DNA of 64,000 bases from a bacterium (GCA_963674965.2 CAXXFL010000001.1:1216001-1280000); one strand, 5' to 3'; counted from the stretch's first letter, positions 39,575 through 50,153 are shown. Notes: generated by a model not told the origin, from the letters alone. Numbers and translations are program-made.

Positions 39575-40807
39575 ATGAAAAAGGATATGCAATCTATGAC
39601 TAACAAGGACCACATGCTTTCGGTCATGCGGGGGGAAGATGTTGAGGTTATCCCTTACGCTCCTCGTCTGGATTTATGGTGGCTGTCGAACAGGCTGAGG
39701 GGGACCCTGCCCGATCGCTTCAATGACATGAGGCCCGACGATATCGCCAGGGCCGAGGGCTGGGCCTGCTATCATATGGTGCCCGACTTCACCAACCTGA
39801 CGAGCGGGCCGGAGGGCACGCTCCATCGCGCCATCGGGCTTTACGACTTTAAGCAATCGGTATATCGCTGGCGTTTCTCGGGTGACGTGGAGGTCAATGT
39901 TAACAACCGGGACGACGGCTTGCAGGAGATCGAGTATCGCACTCCCGCGGGCGTGGTCTCGACCATTGGCGGCCATACGGAGGAGATGAAGAAGCAGGGA
40001 GCGTCCCTTGGCTGGACCCGGAAGCACCTGGTGGAGGACCCGAAGGATATCGAGGCTGCCGGATACCTCTTCTCCAGCCTCGAGGTTTTCGCCAACTACG
40101 ACGGCGGTCTCGAATATATAAACGAGATCGGCGGATGCGGCGCGGTGGCGGCCGGCGGTCCTTCTTTGGGCGCTTCTCCCATGCACCTTATTCAAAAGGA
40201 GCTGATCGACCCTACGGAATTTTTCATCTGGCAAAAGGAGCGCCCTAAAGAGCTGGCCGATCTGTCGGAGAAGGTATCCGTTTATTACGACAAGGCCCTT
40301 TCCATAATCGAGTATTCCCCGGCGGAGGTGGTGATGTGGGGAGGAAATTACGACGCCATGCTGACATATCCGCCCTATTTCGAAAGAGACATTCTTCCCT
40401 GGTTGCAAAAAGCTTCCGCCCGTCTTCAGGGCAAGGGCAAGCTCGTGGTCACCCATACGGACGGCGAGAACCAGGGCCTTATGGACCTGATAGCGGCCTC
40501 GGGCGTGGACATGGCCGAATCCATAACGCCCTTCCCCATGACCAAGCTCACAGTCAAGGATTATTATGAGCAATGGTCTCCGAAGCTTACCTTAATGGGG
40601 CTTATTCCCGAGTGCGTTCTGCTTGCCAACGAAACCAGCGACGCGAGTTTCGAGGCCTTCCTGGACGAGCTTTTCAAGTCGATCGCCCCTGGCCGCCGCG
40701 TCATCCTGGGCATAGCCGACTCGACCCCTCCCAACGCGTCCTTCGACAGGCTGAGGCGTATTGGCGATCGAGTGGCCAAGGAGTGTAGAATACCCATACA
40801 ATATTAA
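39575..40807 (+). CDS. Uroporphyrinogen decarboxylase/MtaA-like family protein
   Basis: N-terminal VMRGEDVEVIPYAP, YRTPAG, LTYPPYFERDILP, HTDG and ILGIAD patterns of the UroD-like TIM barrel. Confidence 0.7.
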   Translation: MKKDMQSMTNKDHMLSVMRGEDVEVIPYAPRLDLWWLSNRLRGTLPDRFNDMRPDDIARAEGWACYHMVPDFTNLTSGPEGTLHRAIGLYDFKQSVYRWRFSGDVEVNVNNRDDGLQEIEYRTPAGVVSTIGGHTEEMKKQGASLGWTRKHLVEDPKDIEAAGYLFSSLEVFANYDGGLEYINEIGGCGAVAAGGPSLGASPMHLIQKELIDPTEFFIWQKERPKELADLSEKVSVYYDKALSIIEYSPAEVVMWGGNYDAMLTYPPYFERDILPWLQKASARLQGKGKLVVTHTDGENQGLMDLIAASGVDMAESITPFPMTKLTVKDYYEQWSPKLTLMGLIPECVLLANETSDASFEAFLDELFKSIAPGRRVILGIADSTPPNASFDRLRRIGDRVAKECRIPIQY

Positions 40808-40856
40808 CTCCATCTTAGCGCATGGGACCTGGTAATGACTTTATGGAGGCTTTGAC

Positions 40857-42035
40857 ATGAATCAAAAGATCTCGAGAAGGAAAGCTATAAGCGGATCGGT
40901 CTTGGCCGCGGCCGGTTTGGGCACTGGCGGTCTCGTTGTCGGCTGCGCGGCGAAGAAGGACCGCAGGCCGCCGGAGATGGGGCCGGGGTATCCGTTTTAC
41001 TGCACCGAGGCGCCGGAGATTACCGAGCCGGGTCCTCTCATACGGGAGGACGGGACCGGCAGATGCGGCTGGTGTCGTAAGCCGATCCTCGACCTGAACC
41101 TGGAGGACGCAAGATTTTACGGGCTTCCCTATTTCCAGCGTTACCGCCTCAAGAAGTGGGAGATGTACTACGTGGTCACGCCGGATTTTTATCTTACCTT
41201 TATCATCGCCTGGATCGGTTACGCGGCCTTTTGCGAGGCCGCCATTTACGACAGGTCAAGCAAAGATCGCGAGTCCGTTTTCCACCTGAAGCCGCCCCAG
41301 CCGGAAATCCAGATGATGCGAAACCCCACCGGCGGCGTGACGGAATTTAACAGCCGCGCTCTTTCCATGTCATTTGACGTGGAAGGCGACCTCCGCGTCA
41401 TCAAGACCAAGGCGGCCAAGCTTGGCGGCCTTCCTTTTGAATGCGAACTCGAGCTTATCCATCCCGAGGCGGACGACTGTATTTGCGGCTCCCACCTCAT
41501 GCATCCCAGGCGCGCCTACTTCGGGCAGAAAATAACGGGCATGAAGACCGGAGGAAGGTGGAAGCTTGGCGGCGAGGTCCATAATCTCGACCCCGAGGAA
41601 TGCGTTAGCATGCTCGATTTCGGCCGGGGCCATTACCCGCCCCGCAAGTTCTGGTACTGGTCCATCAGCTCGGGCCGGGCCAAGGACGGGGGCATGGTGG
41701 GCTGGAACCTGGGCCACGGCAACAACCCGGACGAGACCGTCGAGAACAGCGTCTTCTATAACGGCGCCATCCATAAAATGACCAGTCCCGTCGAGGTGGA
41801 CTTTACCTACGACAACTTAGACAAGCCCTGGCGAATCCAGACCCGGGACGGAAGATGCGATCTTTCCATGGTCCCCGAGACTGTGAGCTACATGGATGTC
41901 TCTCTTGGATACCTTTACTCTCACGGCCGCTCCGCCCTGGGTATATATAAAGGATTCGTAACCCTTGACGACGGCAAAAAGATCGAGCTGGAGAATCTCT
42001 TCGGCATCTTCGAATGGGTCGATCAAAGATGGTGA
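40857..42035 (+). CDS. DUF2804-like protein with a Tat lipoprotein signal
   Basis: SRRKAI twin-Arg and LVVGC lipobox; RLKKWE.Y, LDFGRG..P..F.YW, GWNLG and ENSVF motifs. Confidence 0.7.
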   Translation: MNQKISRRKAISGSVLAAAGLGTGGLVVGCAAKKDRRPPEMGPGYPFYCTEAPEITEPGPLIREDGTGRCGWCRKPILDLNLEDARFYGLPYFQRYRLKKWEMYYVVTPDFYLTFIIAWIGYAAFCEAAIYDRSSKDRESVFHLKPPQPEIQMMRNPTGGVTEFNSRALSMSFDVEGDLRVIKTKAAKLGGLPFECELELIHPEADDCICGSHLMHPRRAYFGQKITGMKTGGRWKLGGEVHNLDPEECVSMLDFGRGHYPPRKFWYWSISSGRAKDGGMVGWNLGHGNNPDETVENSVFYNGAIHKMTSPVEVDFTYDNLDKPWRIQTRDGRCDLSMVPETVSYMDVSLGYLYSHGRSALGIYKGFVTLDDGKKIELENLFGIFEWVDQRW

Positions 42036-42369
42036 TTTGACATTTGTAATTCGTTTTTTTAAAAGACCCGTTTTTGCCTCTTTATACCGCCATGTTTAAA
42101 AATAATCGCGTGGTTTTTCAACCCCCATTATTTTAGTGTGGCGGGTTTTTCTATCGTTTCATGCTCTTTCTTAAAAATATGCTAGACAAATCCCCATCGC
42201 TGGCTTAATATCTGCCTTTTTTCTCCCTTCTTCGTCTTGATTAATCCCATTTCATTTCCATTACTCCTCCAATTCACTGATTTTCCAATGTATATTTATA
42301 CCGGTTTTTTATTGCATTCCAATCGGTAAAGTGCTATCTTTATCTAAAATACAAAAATGGAGGGCCAAG

Positions 42370-44295
42370 ATGAACTATGTCAAGCAGCCGGTACTTTTGT
42401 TGATAGTATTAATATCGTTTATCCCTTCTTTTTCCTTCGGCGAACAATGGAGCGATCCTCAATTTCTATCCGGTTTGAACACCGAAGCCCGCGACCTCGA
42501 GACCTTCGTTACCGCCGATGGCAAAACATTATACTTCTCCTCGGACAGGCATGATCATATCGATTTAAAAGAAAATTTAGATATTTATGTATCTCACTTG
42601 ATAGACGGCCAATGGTCCGAAGCCGAAAGAATTCCCGAGCCGATCAGCGTTGAAGGCTACTGGGACGGCCATCCTTCCCTTACCCTGGACGGACGCTATA
42701 TGTATTTTCATTCCTCCCGTCCCGGGACTTACGGATCGAGAGATATTTGGGTCGCCGAAAACATTAACGGAGTATGGCAAGAGCCCGTTAACCTCGGCCC
42801 GAATATAAACTCTGATGCCATCGATTATAACCCGTCTATTTCCGTGGACGGCCAGAGCCTCATGTTTGCATCCGATCGCTCGGGCGGCCATGGCAATAAA
42901 GACCTCTATATTGCGCGAAAGATCGATGGGGTCTGGCAACCGGCCGAGAATATGGGCCCGAATATAAACAGTAACTTCGACGATTCTCATCCCAGTTTTT
43001 CTTATACCGGAAAATACGTTTTTTTCGCGTCCATGCGATATAACCGTCCTTATGACGTTTATCGCTCGGAAAAAATTAACGGCGCCTATCAAGCGCCGGT
43101 TAACGTCGGCCCTCCCATTAACACGGAAAAAGACAACATCCCGGCCTTTTTCCTCGATTGCTCCGATACCTTGTATATATCGAGCATCGTCGACTATGGA
43201 GACAAATTCAACTGGGATATCGGGGTTTCATCTTGGCTCGATCCGCCGCACGATAATCCCTGCGATAACCTGATTATTCCGGAAGGACAATGGAGAGTAC
43301 GCGTAACTCTTTTAAAGGCCAGCGCCGAGCTTAGAAACGACCTTTATATCGACCAGCCCATCTCCATGCTCCTAATCCGCAACAGCCTCAAAAACGTGGG
43401 GGCCGTGGTTTCCACGCCTTTCCTCGAGGCCGAAGAACTGGTTTTCTATATTCACGTTAAGGGTCAACCTTATGGATTGGGCGAATACGACCATTATTCC
43501 AATTCCGAGTTCGCCTCGGTCGAGAGGATCGATCCTCTTCGCTATATCGTCGGGTTCGAGGACCTGCCTGCCGACATGGCTGACTGGGACTATGACGACA
43601 CCGTTCTTTTAGTTGAACTCATCGGGACCGAGGTCAATATCTGGGAAGATCAAAATTTCCTGGGTGAAAATCAGATTATCGGCGAGACCCCGATCGACTT
43701 TGTTTCCAGGCTTGATTTAGACCTCTCTTATGGAGCCGCCATTCATGCCACGGCCGATATCGACGGCCATGGACTGGATGATACCACCTTCTCGGCCCTT
43801 ATCGAGGGCGATCCCGATTTATACGCGGACCTTCTTGTTGACGTGCCTTTCACGGAGCCCGAGAATTTTCTGAAGCTGGAGCTTCTGAACGGCCAGACTT
43901 CCGTGCCGGATAATGCCAGTATTAAACTGCAAGTCGATCTTGACTCCGATTACGTCTCCAAAAGAAAAAATAACTCAAAGCTTCGGTTATTCCGTTTTAA
44001 CGAGGATACTCATACCTGGCATAAGCTTTACGGCCAATCCTTCTCTTCTCGAAAGACCCTTGAGGCGAGCGTTTCATCGGTTGGTCTTTTCGTACTGGCC
44101 ACCTCCATCGACGACGATTCCGAAGACGACTCTTTACTCAATTCCAGCGATGGCGGCGACTCCGACGTCGTATGCGGCCAGCTTGGGGGCCATATTCCAT
44201 CTCGGCCGGTAATCCTTTCCTTTTTGTCAATATTGTTTCTCCCGCTCTTCGCGGCCTTTGCTCTGCGTCTCCGGAAAAAAACGCATCGCCTTTAA
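42370..44295 (+). CDS. Secreted PD40/TolB-like beta-propeller protein with a DUF4114-like domain and C-terminal sorting signal
   Basis: Signal peptide; repeats DGKTLYFSSDR, DGRYMYFHSSR, DGQSLMFASDR and NLGPNINS; GFEDL...DYDDTV; acidic linker, VVCG, TM helix and RLRKK. Confidence 0.8.
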   Translation: MNYVKQPVLLLIVLISFIPSFSFGEQWSDPQFLSGLNTEARDLETFVTADGKTLYFSSDRHDHIDLKENLDIYVSHLIDGQWSEAERIPEPISVEGYWDGHPSLTLDGRYMYFHSSRPGTYGSRDIWVAENINGVWQEPVNLGPNINSDAIDYNPSISVDGQSLMFASDRSGGHGNKDLYIARKIDGVWQPAENMGPNINSNFDDSHPSFSYTGKYVFFASMRYNRPYDVYRSEKINGAYQAPVNVGPPINTEKDNIPAFFLDCSDTLYISSIVDYGDKFNWDIGVSSWLDPPHDNPCDNLIIPEGQWRVRVTLLKASAELRNDLYIDQPISMLLIRNSLKNVGAVVSTPFLEAEELVFYIHVKGQPYGLGEYDHYSNSEFASVERIDPLRYIVGFEDLPADMADWDYDDTVLLVELIGTEVNIWEDQNFLGENQIIGETPIDFVSRLDLDLSYGAAIHATADIDGHGLDDTTFSALIEGDPDLYADLLVDVPFTEPENFLKLELLNGQTSVPDNASIKLQVDLDSDYVSKRKNNSKLRLFRFNEDTHTWHKLYGQSFSSRKTLEASVSSVGLFVLATSIDDDSEDDSLLNSSDGGDSDVVCGQLGGHIPSRPVILSFLSILFLPLFAAFALRLRKKTHRL

Positions 44296-44301
44296 TGATT
44301 T

Positions 44302-44338
44302 TTTGGGTACGGCCCTATTTGCCGGGGTCGTACCCAAA
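44302..44338. terminator. Hairpin between convergent genes
   Basis: TTTGGGTACGGCCC...GGGTCGTACCCAAA. Confidence 0.7.
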
Positions 44339-44352
44339 TGCTTTAATTTAAA

Positions 44353-45168
44353 TCATGTAGCTTCATTACGTTTCCCTGTGGCTTTAAAAAATGTATAGCA
44401 GAACACGCCGTCTTTTTCGGCGGTCCTATACAATTCTTCGATTCCCCTGTCGAAAATCTCCGCTTCGATCAGGTTTGAGGCCAGGGCAGACTCTCGGATG
44501 CCCTCTATCATGGCTGTGAAGGTTTTCCTGGTGAATCCTTCCACCAACTCGGGCTTATTTGAATCAGCGTAGACCATTCGTGGAGATACTCTTATATCCT
44601 TAAATCCGGCTTGGGTAAGAAGAGGGTAAAGCGCGCGGCCGATGTTGGCGTTGCCTCCCGACCGCCTCTGGAGCTCGACCTGGCACGCGATGGCCCGCCG
44701 GGCCGCCTCGCCGTCAGGATAAAAATAGGCCGATCCGTGATCTCCCTCGATTACCGTTATCGTCCCTCCTGGCTTCAGATATTTTTTCAATCCGACAAGC
44801 ACGTCAACCGGCTGGTGAAGGTGTTCCAATACGAAGCAAAGGAAAAGATGATCGAATTCCTGTGACTGGAAGGGAAGCTCAAAAATGTCCGCCTCCATTA
44901 CGCTTACATTTATAAGCCCAGCTTTTTCAACTTTTCTTTTGGTTTCCTTGACCGACTCCTCGGAAATATCTATGGAGACTATTGATGCACCAGGACTTTT
45001 TGAAGCCAAAGTAATGGTTTGCGCGCCCACGCCGCACCCGGCCTCCAGGACTTTTTCACCATCTTGATAAAACGTATCCGAGTGAAGCAGTTCTGCTAGA
45101 GTTTTCGCCTGGTCCTGAAGTCGGATATTCTCTCTTCGATCATAGCCATGTACGTATGGCCGTCTCAT
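44353..45168 (-). CDS. Class I SAM-dependent methyltransferase
   Basis: VLEAGCGVG, FDHLFLCFVLEH and LKPGG. Confidence 0.88.
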   Translation of the reverse strand: MRRPYVHGYDRRENIRLQDQAKTLAELLHSDTFYQDGEKVLEAGCGVGAQTITLASKSPGASIVSIDISEESVKETKRKVEKAGLINVSVMEADIFELPFQSQEFDHLFLCFVLEHLHQPVDVLVGLKKYLKPGGTITVIEGDHGSAYFYPDGEAARRAIACQVELQRRSGGNANIGRALYPLLTQAGFKDIRVSPRMVYADSNKPELVEGFTRKTFTAMIEGIRESALASNLIEAEIFDRGIEELYRTAEKDGVFCYTFFKATGKRNEAT

Positions 45169-45245
45169 TAATTTCCTCCTATTATCAAATTAATTTTACC
45201 CTTGCGCTGTGATAATCAAACCATAAAAAACGTCGGCTTTCTTTT

Positions 45246-46103
45246 TTAAGACTTTTCCGAAGTAATCGCGGTCTCGATAACAACCCGGTCTTTTCCCGCT
45301 TGTTTGGCTTTATACATTAGCTTGTCAGCTTGCTTAATGAGTTCCTCCGTCGTTTCGGGCGGTAAATCGAATGATGCCAGGCCTATGCTGAAGGTTGCTG
45401 GATTACCGTTTAAAATAATGGATTCTTTCATCTTTTTTTGGACCCTCTTGATATATGCCTCGGCTTCCGCCGCCGCCGTTTCTGGTAGAAGCAAAACAAA
45501 TTCGTCGCCGCCCGTTCTCGAGGCATAGTCCGTAGACCTGATATTCTCCTTAATAACCGATCCCACGTCCTTTATAACCTTGTCGCCCAAAACGTGTCCG
45601 TAGGTGTCGTTGACGCTTTTAAAATCGTCAAAGTCAAGAAAAATAATGGACAAAGGATGCCCATATCTTCTGGATCTTTCGATCTCTTTTTGGGCGACCT
45701 CGGAGAAGCTCCCGTTATTCAAAAGACCGGAAAGGGAATCTATCCGGGCCATTTCCCGCTCCTTTTCCAATTCCTTGTGCCTGTTCGATACTAGCATGAC
45801 TGTAATAATAAAAAAGACCAGTCGCACTGAAGAATTCCAATAAGGTACCATCGGGTGCAAATATGATTCCGCCACCATGAAGTCGGCCAGGTACCAGGCA
45901 ACGGCGCATACTACCGCTAACAATATCCCGGCCCTTTTGCCCAGGTACCATGTCCCAATAAATATCGGCAAAATGTAAAAGATGGAAAAGCAAATCTCCC
46001 ATCTCTCCAGGTAATCCAGGAGCCCGATCCCGGCTATTAATAAAAAACAGCCCACATAGATTGTGAAGCGGCTGGTGACCTTTTCCTCGATGTTATTGCC
46101 CAT
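45246..46103 (-). CDS. Membrane-bound diguanylate cyclase
   Basis: About four N-terminal TMs; DSLSGL, FKSVNDTYGH, I-site RSTD and intact GGDEF. Confidence 0.92.
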   Translation of the reverse strand: MGNNIEEKVTSRFTIYVGCFLLIAGIGLLDYLERWEICFSIFYILPIFIGTWYLGKRAGILLAVVCAVAWYLADFMVAESYLHPMVPYWNSSVRLVFFIITVMLVSNRHKELEKEREMARIDSLSGLLNNGSFSEVAQKEIERSRRYGHPLSIIFLDFDDFKSVNDTYGHVLGDKVIKDVGSVIKENIRSTDYASRTGGDEFVLLLPETAAAEAEAYIKRVQKKMKESIILNGNPATFSIGLASFDLPPETTEELIKQADKLMYKAKQAGKDRVVIETAITSEKS

Positions 46104-46228
46104 AACTTATCTTTTACCCTTTTATCAATAATGATTTGGACTTTTGCTTATCCTCTAAAGTTCCAGCTCCCTGAGGTCGCGAAAGATTTCGTTATTTTTG
46201 ATATGGCGCCTAACTTGCAAATATAATA

Positions 46229-47767
46229 TCATTTATCGGATACGTTTTCTCCCCTTTTCGCCGCCGGTTTGGCGCTCAGAAGAAAGGCCGGTAAAAGCCC
46301 AAGTATCGTAATGCCCGCCGCCAGAACGAACACGTCGTCAAAGGCCCTGACCGCCGCCGCCCTCTGGATGATTCCCAGTATCGCGGCTCTGCCCGTTTCC
46401 GTGCCCGCTCCGGTGATTGATGAAAGACTCGAGAGGTTAATTCCGGCCCCGATAATTTCCTTATGCATGGCCTGCCGGTTGGTAAGCACGGTGGATAAAA
46501 GGGCAATGCCCAGCGACCCGCCCGCTCGCTGGGCCACGTTTAATAAGCCCGAGGCGATGCCCGCGTGCCTTGGCTCCACCGCGTTCATGGCCGCCGTGGC
46601 CACGGGAGTCAGCATCAAGGCTATTCCCGCGCCCCTGAAGAATTGCGGATAGATGATGGCCCAAGATGACGAGTCGTAATCGAGGTCCCTGTACATCCAC
46701 AAGGAAACGCAGGTAAAGACAACGCCAAACACGGCGGGCCATCTGGCGCCGTATTTGTCGGTTATAGTCCCGGATATGGGCATGAACACGGCTATGGTCA
46801 CGGCGGCAGGGACCAGAATTATTCCCGTTTGTACGGCCGTCCTTCCTTGAAGGTTCTCCAGGAAAACGGGAAGAAGGAAAACCGCGCCAAACAGGGCCAC
46901 CGCTCTTACCAGCGCCAGCAAAAGACCCACTGAAAAGTCCTTGTGCCGGAACATCTGGAAGGGAACCACCGGGTGCGCCGCCGTAAGCTCGGCCGAGACA
47001 AAGCCGCTAAAAGCCAGGGCCGCTCCCGCTAAATAGTATCTAACCTCATTGGCGTCCCATCCGTTCTGCTGCGCCTCGTCAAGCCCCATTAATAGACAGA
47101 TAAGAAAAACCGAGAGCGAGATAAACCCATACCAGTCAAATGGCGTGGGCTGAGCCGTCTCCTCTTTTTTTCCGATTACTCCGGCTCCGAAAATCATGAG
47201 CAGGACACCCACGGGGATATTGACGGTAAACACCGACCTCCACCCGAAGTACTCCGTCAGGTATCCGCCCAGGGTCGGCCCTATTGTGGGAGCGACCATG
47301 GCGCCTATGCCCCAAATCCCTATGGCTCGTCCCCTTTCGCCGGGCCCGAAGACTTTAATAATCATGGCCATGCCGGCGGGCTGCATTATGCCCGCTCCCG
47401 CCGCCTGGATAATCCTGGCCAGGATCAGTGAGTCTACGTTCCAGGCCATCGAGCACATGGCGGACCCGACCGTGAAGACGGCCAGGCAGCCCAGGTACAT
47501 TCTTCCATATCCGACCCGATCGCCGATCCAGCCGGTCAAGGGCATGGATACGGCGGCGGCCAGCATAAAGGCGGTTAGAATCCATTCCGCGTCGTCCAGC
47601 GGAACGCCCAAAGCGGTCATTATATAAGGCAGGCCCACGTTGACGATGCTGGAATCGAGGATCGCCATGAAGGTCCCGGTCATGACCACGAACATAAGCG
47701 GCCACTTGGGCCACGGGGCCTCGAATCCAGGACCCGTGTCCATTCCGGATTTCCGGTCCGCCGACAT
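46229..47767 (-). CDS. DHA2 (EmrB/QacA) MFS efflux permease
   Basis: FMAILDSSIVNV, GWIGDRVG, GPTLGG and WRSVFTVNIP; many TM segments. Confidence 0.92.
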   Translation of the reverse strand: MSADRKSGMDTGPGFEAPWPKWPLMFVVMTGTFMAILDSSIVNVGLPYIMTALGVPLDDAEWILTAFMLAAAVSMPLTGWIGDRVGYGRMYLGCLAVFTVGSAMCSMAWNVDSLILARIIQAAGAGIMQPAGMAMIIKVFGPGERGRAIGIWGIGAMVAPTIGPTLGGYLTEYFGWRSVFTVNIPVGVLLMIFGAGVIGKKEETAQPTPFDWYGFISLSVFLICLLMGLDEAQQNGWDANEVRYYLAGAALAFSGFVSAELTAAHPVVPFQMFRHKDFSVGLLLALVRAVALFGAVFLLPVFLENLQGRTAVQTGIILVPAAVTIAVFMPISGTITDKYGARWPAVFGVVFTCVSLWMYRDLDYDSSSWAIIYPQFFRGAGIALMLTPVATAAMNAVEPRHAGIASGLLNVAQRAGGSLGIALLSTVLTNRQAMHKEIIGAGINLSSLSSITGAGTETGRAAILGIIQRAAAVRAFDDVFVLAAGITILGLLPAFLLSAKPAAKRGENVSDK

Positions 47768-47775
47768 GCGGGCCC

Positions 47776-48903
47776 CTACCCGGCCTTTTGATGGTCTGGG
47801 CTTATATGGACCCTTACTTCAACGTTCAGTCCAGGATAAAAAGGGGGATGGTCCTTGGCGTCGATGGCGATGTAAACGGGTATCCTTTGCGTGACCTTGA
47901 TAAAGTTGCCGCTCGTCGATCCGGCGGGAAGAAGGGAAAACTCAGAGATGGCCGCTCCCAAAACGCTCCTCACGTGTCCCTCGAACTTCTGCCCGGGGTA
48001 GGCGTCCACCGTAAATGTAACCTTGTCGTTGGCAGATATTCCCGCGAACTGGTCCTCCTTAAAGTTGGCCTCGATCCAGGAGGAGGAAAGCTCGGATACG
48101 CTGAATATGGTTTGGCCCGGCGCGACAACCTGGCCTGGCTCGACGTGGCGCCGGGAAATCTGGCCCGCCACCGGGGCCGTTACCGTCGCCTGGGCAAGAT
48201 TGTCTTCAGCCAGCGACAGCCTGGCCTCGGCGAGGGCCAGGTTGGACTCGGCCATGGCCACCTGGTTCTCGAGTATGGAAATCCCCATCTCGGCCGGGGC
48301 CTTTGCCGCGGAGACTTGTTCAGCCCCGCTGGATTTAAGAAGCCCAAGTTTTTCCTGGGCCGCCTCCAGCATGGCCTCGGAGGAATCGAGGCCTACGTGA
48401 GCCTTATCTATCTCTACCGTGGCTACCACGCCTTCCAGATTGTCCAGACGCCTTTTCATCTTGCGGCTAAGCTCCTCGCTGGAGGACGCCGCTCTAAGCT
48501 CCGCTTCAGCCATGGCCACGTTTTTATCGAGAGTCGTTTTGCCTTTGGTAAGGTTCAGTTTGGCCGACTCCAGCTCCGCCCTGGCCGCTTCCACTCCGGC
48601 GGACGCCTGGTCCCTCTGGGCTTTGTAAGGCATGTCTTCCAGGCGGGCGAGCATTTCACCCTTTTCGACCATGTCGCCTTCCTTGGCCATAAGCTCGATT
48701 ACTCTTCCGCCAACCCGGCTCGAACAGGGCGCAAGTATGGTTTTTATCACCGCGTCGTCGGTGTATACCGTGCCTCTCGAGACGAAAAGCCAGTACAATC
48801 CGTATCCGGCGCACCCTATCGCCAATAGTAAAATGGGCACAATGTAGCGTAGCTTTCCGCCTGGCGTCTTGTTATTTTGTTTATTATCCGTCATAGCACT
48901 CAT
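47776..48903 (-). CDS. EmrA/HlyD family membrane fusion protein
   Basis: TM segment, TDDA, lipoyl-like halves, WIEANFKE and FSLLPA..SGNFIKVTQRIPV. Confidence 0.92.
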   Translation of the reverse strand: MSAMTDNKQNNKTPGGKLRYIVPILLLAIGCAGYGLYWLFVSRGTVYTDDAVIKTILAPCSSRVGGRVIELMAKEGDMVEKGEMLARLEDMPYKAQRDQASAGVEAARAELESAKLNLTKGKTTLDKNVAMAEAELRAASSSEELSRKMKRRLDNLEGVVATVEIDKAHVGLDSSEAMLEAAQEKLGLLKSSGAEQVSAAKAPAEMGISILENQVAMAESNLALAEARLSLAEDNLAQATVTAPVAGQISRRHVEPGQVVAPGQTIFSVSELSSSWIEANFKEDQFAGISANDKVTFTVDAYPGQKFEGHVRSVLGAAISEFSLLPAGSTSGNFIKVTQRIPVYIAIDAKDHPPFYPGLNVEVRVHISPDHQKAG

Positions 48904-48931
48904 TTAAATCACCATATGTTTTTACCGTCCG

Positions 48932-50008
48932 TTATGCTATACCGCCCGCGCCGTTTTCGTCAAACGGCATTTGGCCTGCCTTATTGGCGCCTTCAACCTC
49001 TATGATATGTCCGTCGGGCCGGATCATTTCCATGTTGACTATTACGCCCAGAAACTCCTTGATTAAAAGCGCCTGAGTTCTGGTATGCTCGGTTATCTCC
49101 GAGGTCAGCATCCGCCCCCCTTTGGCAAGGGCCATGGGCAGGAGAAGCTGATCGGCCAGGTTCGGATCGACTGGGGCTTTACTTCGGGCGAAATTTTTCG
49201 CGCTTCTGGCGGCTTCCTTGGCTACCCGCTCGGCTTGCTTCCCTTTTTCCCCGAAAGCCGTGAAAAGAGCGATCCTTTTTTGCGACTCGTACCGGATCAT
49301 CACCGCGTTGCCCGGACCCATCTCTCCCGGCAGGGCCTCGACCGTAATTTCCTCCGGCTCGATACGAAGGCTTTTGGCTGCTTCCATCTTTTCCCGGTCC
49401 GCCACGTGGTGAGGGAGGTTGGTTATAAGCACCGTCACCTTCGGCTCTCCCCAATCCACTTCGCCGGTAAGGTCCAATGGTCCTTCCATCTCTTGCCACG
49501 GCTTGATCCTGGCCTTGATGGCCCCGCCTCCCTTGGGGTAGAAGCCGTACCTGATCAGCTCTATCTCCGCCAACATGCCCATCCTGGCCGCGGCGGGCAG
49601 AAAACACTCGATAAGGAAGTCCGTCGGCGGCGCCATGGGATTATGGGTACCGCCATGAATCATGACCGTCGATTCCCCGTCCGCGGACGCCAGTATCGGC
49701 AAAACGGTCTGAAAGATAAGGGAGGTGCTTCCAGCCGTGCCCAGCTCGAAGGAATAGTGTCCGGCCCTGGGCCTTCCCGTCTCGAGTATAAGCTCCGTGG
49801 ACCCCTTCTTCGCTCCTATCAGCTCGCCGCCGCATATCTTTTTTGCCGCCCTCGCCGAGGCCAGGTGCTGGGCGGCCAGGCCCGGCCTTGGTCTTCTCGC
49901 CCTGATATTCTCGATATGGACTTTGGCGCCAAGTATCGCCGCCAGAGATATCGAACTTCTCAGTATCTGTCCACCGCCCTCGCCAAAGCTTCCGTCAATC
50001 TTGATCAT
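48932..50008 (-). CDS. rtcA: RNA 3'-terminal phosphate cyclase
   Basis: IDGSFGEGGGQILR, RPRPGLAAQH, GTAGS, GGTHNPMAP, GFYPKGGG, LADQL and catalytic His in TEHTRT. Confidence 0.93.
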   Translation of the reverse strand: MIKIDGSFGEGGGQILRSSISLAAILGAKVHIENIRARRPRPGLAAQHLASARAAKKICGGELIGAKKGSTELILETGRPRAGHYSFELGTAGSTSLIFQTVLPILASADGESTVMIHGGTHNPMAPPTDFLIECFLPAAARMGMLAEIELIRYGFYPKGGGAIKARIKPWQEMEGPLDLTGEVDWGEPKVTVLITNLPHHVADREKMEAAKSLRIEPEEITVEALPGEMGPGNAVMIRYESQKRIALFTAFGEKGKQAERVAKEAARSAKNFARSKAPVDPNLADQLLLPMALAKGGRMLTSEITEHTRTQALLIKEFLGVIVNMEMIRPDGHIIEVEGANKAGQMPFDENGAGGIA

Positions 50009-50153
50009 CCGCCGCTCACTCCATTTTGAACTGTTGGCACTATATTCCCTATCCGGTTTTGGTTCAACGCCCGTTATTCGCGAAGATGCACTCCGCGATG
50101 TATAATAACTTGACGGCTAATCGTTTATCCAAGCCTGAAGCGGAGTTATCAAT

